Virus record (IMG/VR): IMGVR_UViG_3300045988_172722
Coordinates: 1-51,360 of that record
Reading direction: 5' to 3' (one strand)
DNA length: 51,360 bases
Source of the DNA: a virus
Both the position numbers and the translations under genes were made by a program. The notes under the pieces are model-generated. The model was not told the DNA's origin. It worked only from the letters and a program-made list of their open reading frames with translations, and ran no database searches. Positions 50,246 through 51,360 of the stretch are shown in pieces. How positions within the stretch are numbered: the stretch's first letter is position 1; each line of letters starts with the position of its first letter.

Positions 50246-50589
50246 ATGCCGTTTTCGTCCACGGTAATTACCTCGATAAGCATTGCGGCTCCGTCGATGA
50301 GCTGCTCCTCGGTGATTTTCTTGCCGTCCTCTTCGCGCTCTGTTACCACCTTCTTCGGTTTATTTTCCTTGTAGATACAGTACGTGTGAGCGTAATATTC
50401 ACCGAGTGTGCCCCGTTTTTCGGCGTCTTTGATACACTCTATAATATTTTTCTCAGCATAGTAGTGGCATTCGCTGGCAAACAGTCTCTCGCCGGATACG
50501 GCGCAGTTGTCAATTCGGATTTCTCCCGCTGCGATTTGGTCACTGTCCAGAACTGTCAGGACAAAACGATAATTTCTGTTTACTTTCAT
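50233..50589 (-). CDS. Hypothetical protein
   Basis: This is a 118-aa GC-rich ORF and the first gene downstream of promoter cassette copy 3. Confidence 0.6.
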   Translation of the reverse strand: MKVNRNYRFVLTVLDSDQIAAGEIRIDNCAVSGERLFASECHYYAEKNIIECIKDAEKRGTLGEYYAHTYCIYKENKPKKVVTEREEDGKKITEEQLIDGAAMLIEVITVDENGINIR

Positions 50590-50709
50590 TGCTGTAATGT
50601 TTTACTGTTATTACTTATTTTACCTATACAAATATACTAATTATATTTGAACCGGAAAAACTTTGAGCGACTTTTTGTGTTAAATTTTGTTTGTAACTTC
50701 GAGTTGTAT

Positions 50710-50756
50710 CGTTCGTTATTTCCGATATGCAAATATACAAATAATTTCCGAACTAG
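50710..50756 (-). promoter_or_regulatory. Early-type promoter cassette, copy 3 of 3 (-7 box TATATTTG = complement of 50730-50737)
   Basis: The reverse complement is CGGAAATTATTTGTATATTTGCATATCGGAAATAACGAACG. The upstream CTAGTTCG(A/G)AAA is shared with copy 2. Confidence 0.7.
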
Positions 50757-50965
50757 AAAAATTCTGGATAAAAAATTTCAGGTAAATTGCATGGGTGCTA
50801 AACTTTTTACATAGGAAAATTTTCATGTTAAATTTGTGTTAACTGCCTGGTTGTTTTAACACTTTTTAATGGGTTGGCAACAGGTAGCTAGTACCATATA
50901 AAAATTCTTCAGGTATGGCACTTTTGCTATGTTATATTGTGTTAAATGTTTGTTAAACTTTGTTG

Positions 50966-51240
50966 CTCTCTACCAAACTGGCACTAAGCCGGTTTTCAGG
51001 CAGAGAGCATTGTGGCACCTAGCACTCAGGCACAATGCCTCGCATCCATAGACGCGCTCAGACCACATATCAGCCTGTCAGGCATATATCTATATATCCA
51101 GTCAATTCGAACACGATAAAGCACGCGAGAGGAGACGAGGCACGGAGGCATATTTGTTAACGGTTGTAAAAATTTACATACTGGCGGTTTAGGCCCCTGG
51201 CTGTGCGGCACCGGGCCCCCTTATATATTCTGGTACTCAT
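50966..51240. other. GC-rich structured non-coding region (candidate packaging site or ncRNA)
   Basis: Back-to-back hairpins are present: CTCTCT...AGAGAG (50966-51007, with inner AAACTGGC/GCCGGTTT pairing) and CATTGTG...CACAATG (51008-51037). A GGCCC...GGGCC hairpin lies at 51192-51217. The only ORF here (51026-51211, minus) has an implausible composition. Confidence 0.5.
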
Positions 51241-51288
51241 CCAAATATCCAGAAAAATTTTGAGAGTTCAGTTTCTATTCTCGCAAAG

Positions 51289-51360
51289 CGGTTACAAGTC
51301 AAAAATCGCAAAGCGGTTACAAGTCAAAAATCGCAAAGCGGTTACAAGTCAAAAATCGCA
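51289..51360. repeat. Tandem array of the 25-bp unit CGGTTACAAGTCAAAAATCGCAAAG (2 full copies plus a 22-nt partial copy that overlaps the window start)
   Basis: The units are 51289-51313, 51314-51338 and 51339-51360. The array is preceded by ATTCTCGCAAAG (51277-51288), whose TCGCAAAG tail is also the end of each unit. Confidence 0.9.

Noticed and set aside
51026-51211. 61-aa minus-strand ORF in the GC-rich non-coding region
   Set aside because: It has an implausible Pro/Cys/Arg-rich composition and no start context, and it lies in hairpin-dense DNA. I treat it as non-coding.
51289-51360. Could the 25-bp tandem repeat be a CRISPR array?
   Set aside because: The units are directly adjacent with no spacers, there are only about 3-4 copies, and no cas genes are present. 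It is a simple tandem repeat.

Overview
This 51.36-kb, AT-rich, almost fully coding window reads as a complete genome of a long-tailed (siphovirus-type) dsDNA phage. The last 22 nt repeat the first 22 nt, and a 25-bp tandem repeat spans that junction, so the sequence is circularly closed or terminally redundant. A Bacteroidota host is likely. The evidence is repeated TAnnTTTG-type -7 promoter boxes, a BT4734/VirE-type primase, and a tail-fibre N-terminus that I recall as Bacteroidota-type. The plus strand (454-46145) carries these modules in order: packaging (terS, HNH-AP2, terL); head (portal, scaffold, major capsid); tail (1312-aa tape measure, distal tail proteins, tail fibre with an SGNH esterase domain); a transcription unit of odd Gly/Cys/Asp/Arg-rich proteins; lysis (holin, amidase, unimolecular spanin); replication (Cas4-like nuclease, DUF2815-type SSB, family A polymerase, primase-helicase, VRR-NUC, HNH, SNF2 helicase); and nucleotide metabolism. 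The nucleotide-metabolism block includes a SAM methyltransferase, a minimal nucleotidyltransferase, a dUTPase, a T4 gp42-like pyrimidine hydroxymethylase, and a phage-encoded OmpR-type response regulator that lacks the phospho-acceptor Asp. The minus strand (46202-50589) is a visibly more GC-rich block of small unknown genes, at least two of whose units sit downstream of near-identical promoter cassettes, and it contains an ~800-bp non-coding gap full of repeats. I recognised no integrase, repressor, reverse transcriptase or CRISPR array. The most unusual signals are: (1) the hydroxymethylase cluster, which suggests modified pyrimidines in the DNA; (2) the atypical response regulator together with two paralogous iteron-like regions; (3) an over-represented ATTCTCGC motif at transcription-unit boundaries; (4) two aberrant tRNA-like elements; and (5) the repeat-rich minus-strand island. 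All functional calls come from motif reading by eye and need to be confirmed by profile searches.
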